Source: Minisyncoccota bacterium (GTDB taxonomy: Bacteria > Patescibacteriota > Minisyncoccia > UBA6257 > 2-01-FULL-56-20). From it: 64,000 nt of DNA. The notes beneath the pieces are model-generated. The model was not told the DNA's origin, searched no databases, and worked only from the letters and a program-made list of their open reading frames with translations. This document shows positions 44,070 through 53,818 of this stretch, piece by piece. How positions within the stretch are numbered: position 1 is the first letter of the stretch; the number at the start of each line of letters is the position of its first letter. The position numbers were made by a program, and so were the translations under genes. The stretch lies in assembly GCA_035541435.1 (NCBI GenBank), contig DATKNL010000010.1, positions 30,250-94,249 of the forward strand, written 5' to 3'.

Positions 44070-45461
44070 TCAACTCTTGAATATCATATCCTTAATCATT
44101 AATATCTTCTGATTCAACCCTGGATTTCTATTGACCTCATGACTGATCTTTTCATAAGAATGGATCGCGGTGGTGTGATCCCTCCCCAATTTTTCACCAA
44201 TATACGGATAGGAAAGTTCCGAGATATCCCGAAGAAGATAGATGGCGATCTGCCGCGGCTCGACAATTTCTTTGCGCCGATTGTGACTCATAAGATCCTC
44301 GACGGAGATATTGAAGAATTCCGCGACCGTCTTGAGAATCTGTGCGTCGCTGACCCGCTTGGTGAGGTTTTGAGTCGATTTTTCAATGATTTCCGCGGCA
44401 ATATCCTCGGTGATCTCAGTCTGCTTCCGCTCTTCGTAGAATAGGATTTTTTTAAGGATGCCCTCGAGTTCGCGGATGTTCTTGCGGAGCTTTTTAGCGA
44501 TGATATCGATGACGGGGTCGCTAAGCTGCCGGTTCGTTTCCTGAAGTTTTGCCTTGATGATGGCGACCCGCGTTTCAAATTCCGGATAGGCGATGTCGGC
44601 GATAAGGCCGCCCTCAAAACGGGAGCGAAGCCGCTCTTCGAGGGTTGGAATCGACTGTGGGGGCCGATCAGAGGATATGATGATCTGCTTGTTCCCCTCA
44701 TAAAGGGCGTTGAAGGTGTGGAAGAATTCCTCTTCGGTCTTGTCTTTGCCGCCGATGAACTGAATGTCGTCGATGATCAGCACGTCGACATCGCGGTATT
44801 TCTTCTTGATGCTCTCGATGCGGTCGTTTCTGATGCCCCAGACGATATCGCGGGTGTATTGCTCGGATGCGACATATTTCGGACGGACCCTTCGCTGGTG
44901 TTTGACGAGGATTTCGTTGCCGATCGCCTGAATCAGGTGCGTCTTACCAAGGCCAACCCCTCCATAAATGAAGAACGGGTTGTATTTTTTGCCGATATTC
45001 TCGACGATGGCGCTTGCGGCTGCGAACGCGAGCTCGTTCGATGGGCCGACCACGAACGAAGCGAGGGTATATTTCGGGTTAAGGTTCGTTTCAGGGTCCG
45101 TTTTGAAGTCGAGGTCCATGACCTCGGCCTTTGCGAGCGTCGCGGTCGTGTTTTGAGGGACTGCGCGGGCTACGGCGGCCGCCTTGGCTCCGACGACGAA
45201 CTCGATCTTCTTCACCGAACTGTCCAGATTCCGCAGGATGCCGAGAAGATTCTTCTGGTATTTGTTCTCAACCCACTCTTTTGCGAAATTATTCGGCAGG
45301 GCGACATAGAGCGTGCCCTCCTTCTTGTCGATAAGCCTGCTGTTCTTCACCCAGGCAACGAAATGCGCTTTCGAAAGTTGGACTTCCATCTCACCAAGTG
45401 TCGATTGCCACATTTGATCAAGGTCCATGGTGAAATGATTCTTGTTTGGTTCATTATTCAT
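44070..45461 (-). CDS. dnaA: Chromosomal replication initiator DnaA
   Basis: LNPKYT...[43 protein letters not shown] and RDHTT motifs. Alternative start 45428. Confidence 0.98.
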   Translation of the reverse strand: MNNEPNKNHFTMDLDQMWQSTLGEMEVQLSKAHFVAWVKNSRLIDKKEGTLYVALPNNFAKEWVENKYQKNLLGILRNLDSSVKKIEFVVGAKAAAVARAVPQNTTATLAKAEVMDLDFKTDPETNLNPKYTLASFVVGPSNELAFAAASAIVENIGKKYNPFFIYGGVGLGKTHLIQAIGNEILVKHQRRVRPKYVASEQYTRDIVWGIRNDRIESIKKKYRDVDVLIIDDIQFIGGKDKTEEEFFHTFNALYEGNKQIIISSDRPPQSIPTLEERLRSRFEGGLIADIAYPEFETRVAIIKAKLQETNRQLSDPVIDIIAKKLRKNIRELEGILKKILFYEERKQTEITEDIAAEIIEKSTQNLTKRVSDAQILKTVAEFFNISVEDLMSHNRRKEIVEPRQIAIYLLRDISELSYPYIGEKLGRDHTTAIHSYEKISHEVNRNPGLNQKILMIKDMIFKS

Positions 45462-45502
45462 CGAAACACTTGTTCTTGTCAAAGCGACGACGGAAATCGT
45501 TT

Positions 45503-45522
45503 TGTGGATTATGTGTGCATAA
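45503..45522. promoter_or_regulatory. Tandem one-mismatch DnaA boxes upstream of dnaA
   Basis: TGTGGATTA at 45503-45511 and TGTGCATAA at 45514-45522. Confidence 0.65.
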
Positions 45523-45593
45523 GCCGTTTTGACCGTCGCGGAGCGATCCGGTCGGGGGTTGCTTTTCTTTCCGAACCTGGTACCATCATAGGC

Positions 45594-45728
45594 ATGTCGC
45601 TTACGTATAACCCCAAAAAGAAAAAGCGCCGCCGAACGCACGGTTTTTTAAATCGACAACGGACGGCAACGGGGCGAAAAGTCCTTTCGCGTCGCCGCGC
45701 GAAGGGCCGAAAGAAGCTGACGGTCTAG
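45594..45728 (+). CDS. rpmH: 50S ribosomal protein L34
   Basis: [44 protein letters not shown]. Confidence 0.97.
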   Translation: MSLTYNPKKKKRRRTHGFLNRQRTATGRKVLSRRRAKGRKKLTV

Positions 45729-45739
45729 GGGTGATCATC

Positions 45740-46033
45740 ATGACGCGCTTGCCGCGTACGGAATTCAGGGCGCGGGGGTATCAATCGCTTCATACCAGCT
45801 ATTTCTCGCTGAAAAAGAAGCAAAACGGAAGGAGCGATGTGCGGATCGGCGTCGTTGTTCCGAAAGGCGTGCATAAGACGGCTGTTCGAAGGAATTTCTG
45901 GAAGCGCCAGGCGCGGACGGCGGTTCCCCAGCGGATCTGGCGGGGGTATGACCTCATCATCGCGCTGCGTCCCGCGGTGAACGACCTTACGAGACGGCAG
46001 TTCAGGGACATGATTGCGAAAATAACTCCATGA
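45740..46033 (+). CDS. rnpA: Ribonuclease P protein component
   Basis: RIGVVVPK.V.KTAVRRNFWKR (RNR motif), following rpmH. Alternative start 45731. Confidence 0.88.
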   Translation: MTRLPRTEFRARGYQSLHTSYFSLKKKQNGRSDVRIGVVVPKGVHKTAVRRNFWKRQARTAVPQRIWRGYDLIIALRPAVNDLTRRQFRDMIAKITP

Positions 46034-46737
46034 ATTGGTACCAAGTCATTTTTTATCAGCCGGTTCTCAATCTGCTGATCTATGTTTATGACACGATTGC
46101 GCTCCACAGCCTCGGATTCGCCATCATTCTCGTCACCATCCTCATCAGGGTGGTTCTTTTTCCCTTCTTTCACCGCGGTGCGAAGCAGCAGATGCTTATG
46201 CAGCGCATCCAGCCGCACGTGAAGAAGATTCAAGAGACGCACAAGGACGACATTCAGAAGCAGTCCGCGGCGCTCATGGCGCTTTACAAGGAGCACGGCA
46301 TCAATCCGTTCTCGAGCTTTCTGCTGCTCATCATCCAGATTCCCATCATGATCGCCCTGTATTGGGCCGTGCGCTCGGGGCTTGGCACGGGACACATCAC
46401 GGGCCTTTATTCGTTCGTGCCGGTTCCAAGCGGCATCAACACGGTCTTTCTCGGCATCGTCAACCTGGCGAATCCCAGCCTGATCCTGCTGCTCGTCGCC
46501 GCAGCCGCCCAATACGCCCAGGCGCGGCTTGCCATCTATAAGCCGCCGCAAGGCCACGTCCTTTCGCCCGCCGAGCGGATGGCCCGGCAGATGTCCTTCA
46601 TCGGCCCCCTGATCACCCTCGTCATCTTCTATAGCCTTCCCGCCGCCGTGGCGCTCTATTGGATAACCACCTCGGTCTTCGCAAGCATCCAGCAGGTGTT
46701 CGTCAACCGCACGCTTCGGGAGAAATACGGATCGTAG
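46030..46737 (+). CDS. yidC: Membrane protein insertase YidC (short form)
   Basis: GFAIILVTILIR..LFP, IQP..K.IQ, LYKEHGINP, LIIQIPI and LYW motifs. Confidence 0.94.
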   Translation: MNWYQVIFYQPVLNLLIYVYDTIALHSLGFAIILVTILIRVVLFPFFHRGAKQQMLMQRIQPHVKKIQETHKDDIQKQSAALMALYKEHGINPFSSFLLLIIQIPIMIALYWAVRSGLGTGHITGLYSFVPVPSGINTVFLGIVNLANPSLILLLVAAAAQYAQARLAIYKPPQGHVLSPAERMARQMSFIGPLITLVIFYSLPAAVALYWITTSVFASIQQVFVNRTLREKYGS

Positions 46738-46813
46738 CGCGGGCGAAAAGGCGCCTTATGCGGCTGCGGGCGCTTGATTTTGTGTGGAAAATATGGAATA
46801 GTAACCAGCATAT

Positions 46814-47317
46814 ATGGATTGGGAGACCTTCATCAAAACCACGTTCGACCTCATCGGGTTCAAGGATTACCGTCTGGAAGTGAAGCCGCAGGAAAAGCAC
46901 GCGTCGCTTTTCATCTATGAGGACCAGAACCTCATGCGCGAAAGCCTGCCCTCGATCGTCGAAAGCATCAACCACCTGATTCAGATGGTTGCCAAGAAGC
47001 ACGCGACCGAGACGATCTTTCTCGACGTGAACAACTATCGGCAGGAGCGCGAGAACCTTATCGCGGAACTCGCACGCGCGGCCGCCAAAAAGGCGCTTGC
47101 GACAAAAGAAGAGGTGTCGCTTCCCGCAATGAACTCCTACGAACGCCGCCTGGTGCACGTCGAGCTCGCCATCCATCCCGAAGTGCGAACCGAAAGCATG
47201 GGGATGGGCAAGGAGCGCTACGTTGTCATCAAGCCGATTACGGACGGATCAGAAAAAGGAAGCCCGGCCGTTCCCGCATCCGAGACCGACACCGAAGCCG
47301 AACCGGGAACGGAATAG
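46814..47317 (+). CDS. jag: Jag/KhpB-like R3H RNA-binding protein
   Basis: LDVNNYR.ERE, LPAMNSYERRLVH and ES.G.G.ERYVVI motifs, after yidC. Confidence 0.88.
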   Translation: MDWETFIKTTFDLIGFKDYRLEVKPQEKHASLFIYEDQNLMRESLPSIVESINHLIQMVAKKHATETIFLDVNNYRQERENLIAELARAAAKKALATKEEVSLPAMNSYERRLVHVELAIHPEVRTESMGMGKERYVVIKPITDGSEKGSPAVPASETDTEAEPGTE

Positions 47318-47335
47318 GCAGCGAATTTTTTGGAG

Positions 47336-48565
47336 CTATGGCTGTACGGCGAACCCGTACAGCTTTTTTGTATACCGATCGATGAAATAGATCTCGGTCC
47401 CGGCAACTTTCATGTCGGAAACGTCGACATGCTGGCTGGGATCGCTCCAAAGCACGTCGATGGCCCCGGTTGCCGTGTTGATGCGATAGATGTCGTCCGA
47501 GGTGAACAGCGCCCGCTCGTTATAGTCGTCGGGAAGGCTCGCGGAATTCCATGCGGCCGCATCCCGAGGAATGCCGCAATACAGGGCAAGGTAGGAAACG
47601 GTCGACGTTCCCGATGCCGTGTTCGCCTGGGCGAAGGCGCATTTCGAGGGCAGGGTCGCAAGGTTCAGGGCTTCAAGCGTCGAACCCGAAGCGTTGACGA
47701 GCCGGAGCGATCCGCCTTGGCCGGACTGCGTCGCGGCAAAAAGAAGGCCCGTGGCGCCGCTCCAAAGCGCTTCAGCCCCCGGCGTTTCGGTGACTACCGG
47801 GGACAGGGTCCCCTGCGCATTGTCGAACATGGTGATGGATCCGGCATCGAGGAAGCTTGGCCGGTCAGCAAGGGCGAACTTTCCCGAGGACACCCACTGA
47901 AGCGCGAGGTCGTTCGCATGCAGCGCAAGAAGCTGCGAGGTCTTACCCGTCGACGCATCCATGATCGAAAGCTGCTCGGTGCCGGTCGATGCCGCCGTGA
48001 GGTATGCGACGCGGTTGTCGGTCGGCGACCACGAGGGCGAGAGCATCTTCTGCGTAAGCGGGGTCCATTTCGCCGTCGCGACATCAAAGAGGTCGGTCTG
48101 AGGCGCCGACGGGTTGCCGAAGGCGATGAGCGCCTTCTTGCCGGTCGCAGAAAACGATCCGCCAACGACGTCGCTTGCCGTCGAAGAGCTGATCACCGAG
48201 ACCTTGCCGCCTGAAACCTGGCCGATGATGCCGTTCGTTTCGATCACGAGCGCCGAACCGCTTGCCGTGGGAAGATATTCGAGGATGGGATCGTTCGCCA
48301 ACGGTCCGAAACTGCCCGCCACGGCACCGGTTGCGGGAGTCCCGGCGTTGCCGGTCGTTCCCGTCGCGGTGCCGCCGGCCTGACCATTGCCGGTCGATGC
48401 CCCCTGTGATCCTCCGCCGGTGGCGGCCGGCAGCGATCCCGTCTGCCCTCCTGACGGTTTGGGCGCGATGTTCTGCAGTGAGAAGCTCTTCCAGAAATAA
48501 AGGATGAGCACGGCGAGGATGGCGACGGCGACAACGGCGATGACGATTGAAAGATAGCGTTTCAT
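47336..48565 (-). CDS. Membrane-anchored beta-propeller-like protein
   Basis: N-terminal TM, Gly/Thr linker, TolB-like SPSWSP...VAYL, LPSKC and LPDDY motifs. Confidence 0.7.
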   Translation of the reverse strand: MKRYLSIVIAVVAVAILAVLILYFWKSFSLQNIAPKPSGGQTGSLPAATGGGSQGASTGNGQAGGTATGTTGNAGTPATGAVAGSFGPLANDPILEYLPTASGSALVIETNGIIGQVSGGKVSVISSSTASDVVGGSFSATGKKALIAFGNPSAPQTDLFDVATAKWTPLTQKMLSPSWSPTDNRVAYLTAASTGTEQLSIMDASTGKTSQLLALHANDLALQWVSSGKFALADRPSFLDAGSITMFDNAQGTLSPVVTETPGAEALWSGATGLLFAATQSGQGGSLRLVNASGSTLEALNLATLPSKCAFAQANTASGTSTVSYLALYCGIPRDAAAWNSASLPDDYNERALFTSDDIYRINTATGAIDVLWSDPSQHVDVSDMKVAGTEIYFIDRYTKKLYGFAVQP

Positions 48566-48566
48566 A

Positions 48567-49295
48567 TTATTGGCAGAGATAGTGCACGGTTTGGGGTGTC
48601 GTTCCCTGGGTGGCGACGTTCACGCAATGCAGGTTGGGCGCACAGGTTCCATAATGGCTGTTCGGCGGATCGCCGCCGCAGGTGTAGTCGGCCGGATTGG
48701 TCGAATGGCAGGCATAGCTCGGATGGGCGTAGTCGCCGTCGTTCGCGCAGATCTGGCCCTGGGGGCATTGTCCCGTCGAGCGCCCGCCGCAAAATACGGC
48801 GCCTGCCGCGTTTTCGCAGCTTCCATTCGTGCAGACGGTTCCCTGGGGGCAGGCCGCCGAGCATCCGCCGCCTTGCTGGTTTCCGCTTGTTGAAATTCCC
48901 TGGAGCGAGGGGAGGTTGAGCGTGGTGAGCGCCGGATCGATCGTGCTTAGGATGAGATAGGCTCCCGCGAGCAGCGCGACGCCGAGGATGGCGCCCCAAA
49001 GCCATTCCTTCGCCTCGCTCTGCATCGACGGATTGCCGCCGGAAGACATATACTTGATGCCGCCGAAGACCATGGCGCCGAACGCGGCAAGGCCGCCGAT
49101 CGCGAGGGCAAACTGATAGAAACTTTTAATGAAGCTTCCGGGATTGCAGTCCGAAGAGTTGGGGTTGGCGCACGAATCCGTTGCGCCGTTGATGGAGGGG
49201 AGGGAAACCGAGATGGCCGCGGCGCGCACCGATCCGGGAACGGTGACCGCCGCCATCAGGGCGGCGACCGAAAAGATGATGGATAGCGCCTTCAT
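48567..49295 (-). CDS. TrbC/VirB2-like pilin with Cys-rich C-terminal extension
   Basis: FALAIGGLAAFGAMVFGGIKYMSSGGNP...AKEWLWGAILGVALLAGAYLILSTIDP two-helix pilin core. Confidence 0.82.
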   Translation of the reverse strand: MKALSIIFSVAALMAAVTVPGSVRAAAISVSLPSINGATDSCANPNSSDCNPGSFIKSFYQFALAIGGLAAFGAMVFGGIKYMSSGGNPSMQSEAKEWLWGAILGVALLAGAYLILSTIDPALTTLNLPSLQGISTSGNQQGGGCSAACPQGTVCTNGSCENAAGAVFCGGRSTGQCPQGQICANDGDYAHPSYACHSTNPADYTCGGDPPNSHYGTCAPNLHCVNVATQGTTPQTVHYLCQ

Positions 49296-49299
49296 CGGA

Positions 49300-50013
49300 T
49301 TATAAGGAGGGCTGATAAGTCAGATTTTCCGAAGCCGATGCCTGGGTCGAATCGCCGCCATTCGAAACCTGGACCGACGCGCTGATGGCGGTTCCTGCCG
49401 CGGTGCCTTTCGGCAGGGTGACCTGCGCCGTCATCGGATTCTCGGCGTTGCCACCGGTCTGGCCGTTGATGTTCCAGAAATAGCTAAGATTGTCCGATGA
49501 CGAGGTGTTGAAGAAATAGGGAATGGCGGCAAGCACGAAGGGATTCGCTGAAAATTGTCCGTTCGGATAGGGCGCCTCGATCACGGCCTTCGGACCCGCC
49601 ATGGGGATCGTGATCGAATGGATGAGGAACGAGCCGTTGTAGTTCGGAAGGTCGACTTCGAGCGTCATCGAGCCCGGAGCCTGGCCGAACGGCGGGAACG
49701 AGATGGTTTGCGCGCCGACGCCGCCGCCCAGCAGCGTGCCATTCAGATACCAATAGATCGTCTGACCCGAAAGGTTTGCAAGCGTCCCGTTGGCCCTGAG
49801 AAGCTCGATCGACGCCGTGATGCGGGATCCATAGGTCGGCAGCGCCTTGCCCGGATAGTTGGGCGGAACATAGCTGCCATTCGCCTTCCAGGTGATGAGG
49901 AACTGCGGCCCGGTTGCCGCATCGGCGCGCGATGCCGAAACGAAGAAGCCGCAGGCCGCGGCAATAAGAAGAGCGGCGACGCCAAACATGAACGCTAAAG
50001 TGCGGTTCGCCAT
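49300..50013 (-). CDS. Secreted Ig/PKD-like protein
   Basis: Signal peptide. ITW.A.SYVPPNYPGKALP, IYWYLNG, AIPYFF and SYFWNING motifs. Confidence 0.7.
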   Translation of the reverse strand: MANRTLAFMFGVAALLIAAACGFFVSASRADAATGPQFLITWKANGSYVPPNYPGKALPTYGSRITASIELLRANGTLANLSGQTIYWYLNGTLLGGGVGAQTISFPPFGQAPGSMTLEVDLPNYNGSFLIHSITIPMAGPKAVIEAPYPNGQFSANPFVLAAIPYFFNTSSSDNLSYFWNINGQTGGNAENPMTAQVTLPKGTAAGTAISASVQVSNGGDSTQASASENLTYQPSL

Positions 50014-50047
50014 ATCCGTACCTTTATTGTACCAAATGAAATCGCGA

Positions 50048-50713
50048 TCAGGGTGCGGGACGATTCTCGTTCCCGGGCTTTTCGGGTTCCGGCATCTGCT
50101 CGAACTCCTCTTCCTGCGCGACCTCGACCGGATTCCGCTCCTCGGGAGGCGTGAGCGCCTCTTCGGCGGCGCGTTCCCGCTCGTCCGATTCGTTTTCCTG
50201 GTCGTCCCCCTGTTCGTCTTGCTGTGCGACGCCCCGTTGTCCGCGCCTCGCTCCGGCCGGCCGCGCGCCTTCGGCGGCCTGGACGGTCTGCTGCTCGGCC
50301 GTTTCGGCGAGCTTTTCCGTGGCGGCATTCTCGGCGGCTCCTTCGGCGGCAGCCAATTCCCCGCCTCCTTCGAGCGCCGCTCCCTTTCTAATAATCTTAC
50401 TGGCTAAAGATTTCGGATTATTGGCGGCACGAATTCCGATGAGGACGGCAGCCGTGCGGCCGGGGATGAAGAACAGCTGGAGGACATCGTCGATGAATTG
50501 CAGGATCGCCGGCCAGCCGAATCCGACTTTGATGACGAAGACGCTGGTGAAAAATCCGTCGAACAGCAAGTTGATCGGCTCCATGATGGCTTCGCCGGGC
50601 AGGCCGACGACGCTTGCGGCGAACAGGTCGAATACGACCTCGAGCGCGTCGTTTGCAACCGCGAGCAGGATCAGGGCGACGATCCAGAGGGTGTCGAAGG
50701 GTTTTTCTTCCAT
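50048..50713 (-). CDS. Membrane protein with acidic C-terminal tail (T4SS locus)
   Basis: Hydrophobic N-terminal half, Glu-rich tail, co-oriented after virB4. Confidence 0.65.
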   Translation of the reverse strand: MEEKPFDTLWIVALILLAVANDALEVVFDLFAASVVGLPGEAIMEPINLLFDGFFTSVFVIKVGFGWPAILQFIDDVLQLFFIPGRTAAVLIGIRAANNPKSLASKIIRKGAALEGGGELAAAEGAAENAATEKLAETAEQQTVQAAEGARPAGARRGQRGVAQQDEQGDDQENESDERERAAEEALTPPEERNPVEVAQEEEFEQMPEPEKPGNENRPAP

Positions 50714-50729
50714 AGCTCGCAGCCGTTAA

Positions 50730-52463
50730 CTAGAGTCCCTGCGCCTTTTCCTCGAGCAGCTGTTCGGGATTCGTCGTGATGATCTGGTCCTCGAAATAGG
50801 AGGGGACGATCTGGATCGCGACGTGCCGCTTGCCGGCGAAGAAGATGCCGGTGCCCACTTCGGCCCCGAGCAGGAAGTTCTTTTCGGCCTCGGTGAGGTC
50901 GAACGCCTTTGCGACGATGTCGATCGTCGCCGGCGCCTGCTTGAGGAGCAGCTGGATCGACGAGTTCGTGATGATCGGCCGGCCGAGGGGCGCGCGCAGG
51001 AAGTCCTCGACGTCCTGCGTGATGGTCGAGATGCCGAGATAATATTTGCGGGCGCGCTTCACGAGGTCGTGCAGGAATTTGGCGCTGTCGTCGTTCTTCA
51101 TCATGATCCATGCCTCGTCGATGAAGAGCAGGCGCTTGGCAAGCTTCGCGCGGATCAGGCTCCAGATGAAGTTCAGCACGAGGAACATGCCGATCGGGCG
51201 CAGCTCCTCTTCGAGGTCGCGGATCGAGAAGACGATGAGGCGGTTCGTGACGTCGATGTTCGTCGGCTGGTTGAGGAATCCTGCAAAGCTCCCCTTGGTG
51301 TATTTATAGAGCTTCTCGGCGAGGTCCTTGCCGCCTTCCATGCCGCGGAGGACGGTCTCGAGGTCGCCCAAGAGCGGCGGTTCCTTGCCGGCGAAGTCCC
51401 CGTCGGCCACGATGTCGCGCGACGCATAGGTCTCGGTGATCGCCCGGTCAAGGAGCGCGTCCTCTTCGGGGGTGAGCGCGCCGAGCATCAGCTTGAGGAG
51501 GCTTGCGAGCGTCACGACATGCGACCGCAGCACGTCCGACGGCGATTCGTTCTCGGGGATCAGCGGTACGTCGAACGGGTTGATGTGCTCGTGGGACGAG
51601 AGCGAGATGTTGAACATGCTGCCGCCGAACGTCTTCGCCAGGCGCTCGTATTCGTTTTCCGGATCGATCACGAGCACCATGTCGACGCCCGCCATGAGCG
51701 AGCGGATGATCTCGAGCTTCGTCGTGTACGATTTTCCGGCGCCCGATTTCGCGAAGACCACCTGGTTCGCGTTCTCGAGCGAGAAGCGGTCGAAGATGAC
51801 GAGGTTGTTGTTGTGCAGGTTGATGCCGTACATGATCCCTTCGTTCGACGAGAGGTCCTCCGAGACGAACGGGAAGAACGACGAGATCGGCCCCGTGTTC
51901 ATCGGCGTGTAGATCTGCAGCTTGTCGGCGTCGAGCGGCAGGACCGAGAACAGCCCTTCGAGCTGGCTGAAGAGCGCCGGCTTCAGATAGATGAGCTTCG
52001 CCTCCATCATGCTCGTGAGCTTGCTTTCGAGCTTGACGAGCTCGTCCTCGTTGTCGGCATAGATCGTGATATAGACGCCCGTGTCGAAGAGCTTCTCTTC
52101 GGACTGCTGCAGCGAGTCGCGCAGGTTCTCGATGTCCTGGACGGCGGTCTCGAGCATCGGGTTCCTCACGAGCCCCTTCTCCTGCTCGTCGGCGATCTGC
52201 GATTCGAGTTGCCCGGCCTTCTTCCTCAGGTTTTTGAGCGCCACGCCGGTATCGATCGGATTCACATAGATCGAGACGTCGAACAGGTTCGGCAGGTTGA
52301 TGAGCGGCTCGAACCATCCGGTCGAAAGGTAGCGCGGATAGGACAGCACGAAGAACGTCTTCGCGAGCTTGTCGCCGATCTTCAGGTAGTTCGGAAAGAC
52401 CTGCGCGCCGGCGGGGGCGATGATCTTCTTGATATCCTTGAAATTGGCCGATTCTTCGGGCAT
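50730..52463 (-). CDS. virB4: VirB4-like type IV secretion ATPase
   Basis: SSFFPF, YGIN, FDRF, AKSGAGKS (Walker A), IDPENEY, INPFD, IDEAW (Walker B) and RARKY...ITQD motifs. Confidence 0.9.
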   Translation of the reverse strand: MPEESANFKDIKKIIAPAGAQVFPNYLKIGDKLAKTFFVLSYPRYLSTGWFEPLINLPNLFDVSIYVNPIDTGVALKNLRKKAGQLESQIADEQEKGLVRNPMLETAVQDIENLRDSLQQSEEKLFDTGVYITIYADNEDELVKLESKLTSMMEAKLIYLKPALFSQLEGLFSVLPLDADKLQIYTPMNTGPISSFFPFVSEDLSSNEGIMYGINLHNNNLVIFDRFSLENANQVVFAKSGAGKSYTTKLEIIRSLMAGVDMVLVIDPENEYERLAKTFGGSMFNISLSSHEHINPFDVPLIPENESPSDVLRSHVVTLASLLKLMLGALTPEEDALLDRAITETYASRDIVADGDFAGKEPPLLGDLETVLRGMEGGKDLAEKLYKYTKGSFAGFLNQPTNIDVTNRLIVFSIRDLEEELRPIGMFLVLNFIWSLIRAKLAKRLLFIDEAWIMMKNDDSAKFLHDLVKRARKYYLGISTITQDVEDFLRAPLGRPIITNSSIQLLLKQAPATIDIVAKAFDLTEAEKNFLLGAEVGTGIFFAGKRHVAIQIVPSYFEDQIITTNPEQLLEEKAQGL

Positions 52464-52475
52464 GGCTCCTCTATA

Positions 52476-53174
52476 TTATTGCTGATCGGCGCGGGCGGCC
52501 GCGGCTCCCGTTCCCCGTTCGACGGTCTGGGGATTATAGAAATTATAGAAAAGCTCGACGAGCTCCTGGTTGCCGAGCGCCGTCGCCTCAAGCCCGATGG
52601 CAAGGAGGCCGGTGACGGCCTGGTTGACCCGCTGGTTCAGTTGGCCGACGTTCTCTTTGAAGTCTTGCTCGGCCTGTTCTTCCGATCCCGCAGCAGCGGC
52701 GGGTCCGTTTTTTTTGCCGCCGCCGAAGAGCCCGCCCAGGATGCCCTGGCTTGCGCTCTTGATGACCGATCCCAGGGGATAGAACGGGACGACGACCAGG
52801 AACATCTTTTCCATGATCGCGTTCTTTGCGACGAATCCCTTGATGAACTCGGCGTATTCGTCGATCTGGCTCTGGAGGATCGGCGACGTCTCAACCTGCT
52901 TGCGGCGCATAAGGGTCTCGACGTACTTGTCGATGTTCACCTTGCGGGAATGGATCAGGACCTGCAACGGGAAGTCGATGGAGTTCAGAAAGGTCTGATA
53001 GGTCTGGGTGATGATCGTCTGTTCGGTTTCGGACTTCAGCGCGAAGTTCACTCCGCCAACCAGGATGATCTGGCGAAGGCTGCCGTCCTTAAGGACGACC
53101 ACGTCGTCGCGGATTTCCTTGATGTCGACGAGGTCGAGCGAGCTGCCGGTATCCTGCCGTGAAGGTGCCGCCAT
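52476..53174 (-). CDS. TraC/VirB4-N-like accessory protein
   Basis: IKEIRDDVVVLKDG.LR, NFALKSE.EQ, FLNS.DFP.Q..I.SR and ELFYNFYNP motifs, located between prgI and virB4. Confidence 0.75.
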   Translation of the reverse strand: MAAPSRQDTGSSLDLVDIKEIRDDVVVLKDGSLRQIILVGGVNFALKSETEQTIITQTYQTFLNSIDFPLQVLIHSRKVNIDKYVETLMRRKQVETSPILQSQIDEYAEFIKGFVAKNAIMEKMFLVVVPFYPLGSVIKSASQGILGGLFGGGKKNGPAAAAGSEEQAEQDFKENVGQLNQRVNQAVTGLLAIGLEATALGNQELVELFYNFYNPQTVERGTGAAAARADQQ

Positions 53175-53230
53175 GTCCTTATTTTACAATGGAATCGCGA
53201 ATCCGGCGAAGCGCCGGCCGGCCCTGGACC

Positions 53231-53815
53231 TCAGCGGTAATCGACGCGCCGCGCCGCCGCACGGTCCCCCGTCGGACGGGTGAAAATGTGATAGCGCTCG
53301 TTCATTTTGCGCTCAAGGAACTGCCGGTCCGAGGTCTTCTTGGTCGCCTCGCCCGTCTGGACGCTTTGCAGCTTCTTATGAAGCGACGATCCGGCGATGA
53401 TATCGGCGATCTGGTCCAGTGAGATGCCCTTTTCCTTTTTCTCGGCGACTACCGGCGCCGGCGTTGCTTTGGGCGGGAGGACGGCCCGCGAAGATGACGG
53501 CGGTGCGGATTTTTTCTGCGGAAGCGAAACCGTCGGATGCTCGGGCTGCCAGACGTAGGTCTGGGGCTTCCAATAATAGCTCACGGCGGCAAGCACGACC
53601 TGCGGCAGCGGCCGGCCCTCGATCTTCACGAACGAAAGCGCGAGCGACGACCCGATGAGGACGACTGCGGCGATGATGAAAAGCCAGAACGAAACGAAGA
53701 AATAAAAGAAGGCGCTTATGAAGCACGCGACGCCCACGAAGGCGAATTGGCGCAACGAGAGCGGACCTATGACTTTGTCGTCGGTCTCGATGAATTGCGG
53801 GACCTGAAACTGCAT
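53231..53815 (-). CDS. prgI: PrgI family (VirB3-like) protein
   Basis: MQFQVPQFIETDDKVIGPLSLRQF, two TM segments, K.EGRP. Confidence 0.85.
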   Translation of the reverse strand: MQFQVPQFIETDDKVIGPLSLRQFAFVGVACFISAFFYFFVSFWLFIIAAVVLIGSSLALSFVKIEGRPLPQVVLAAVSYYWKPQTYVWQPEHPTVSLPQKKSAPPSSSRAVLPPKATPAPVVAEKKEKGISLDQIADIIAGSSLHKKLQSVQTGEATKKTSDRQFLERKMNERYHIFTRPTGDRAAARRVDYR

Positions 53816-53818
53816 CCC

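Noticed and set aside
45740-46737. Absence of yidD between rnpA and yidC, and ruvA/ruvB/ruvC being dispersed
   Set aside because: Common in reduced genomes and not informative on its own.
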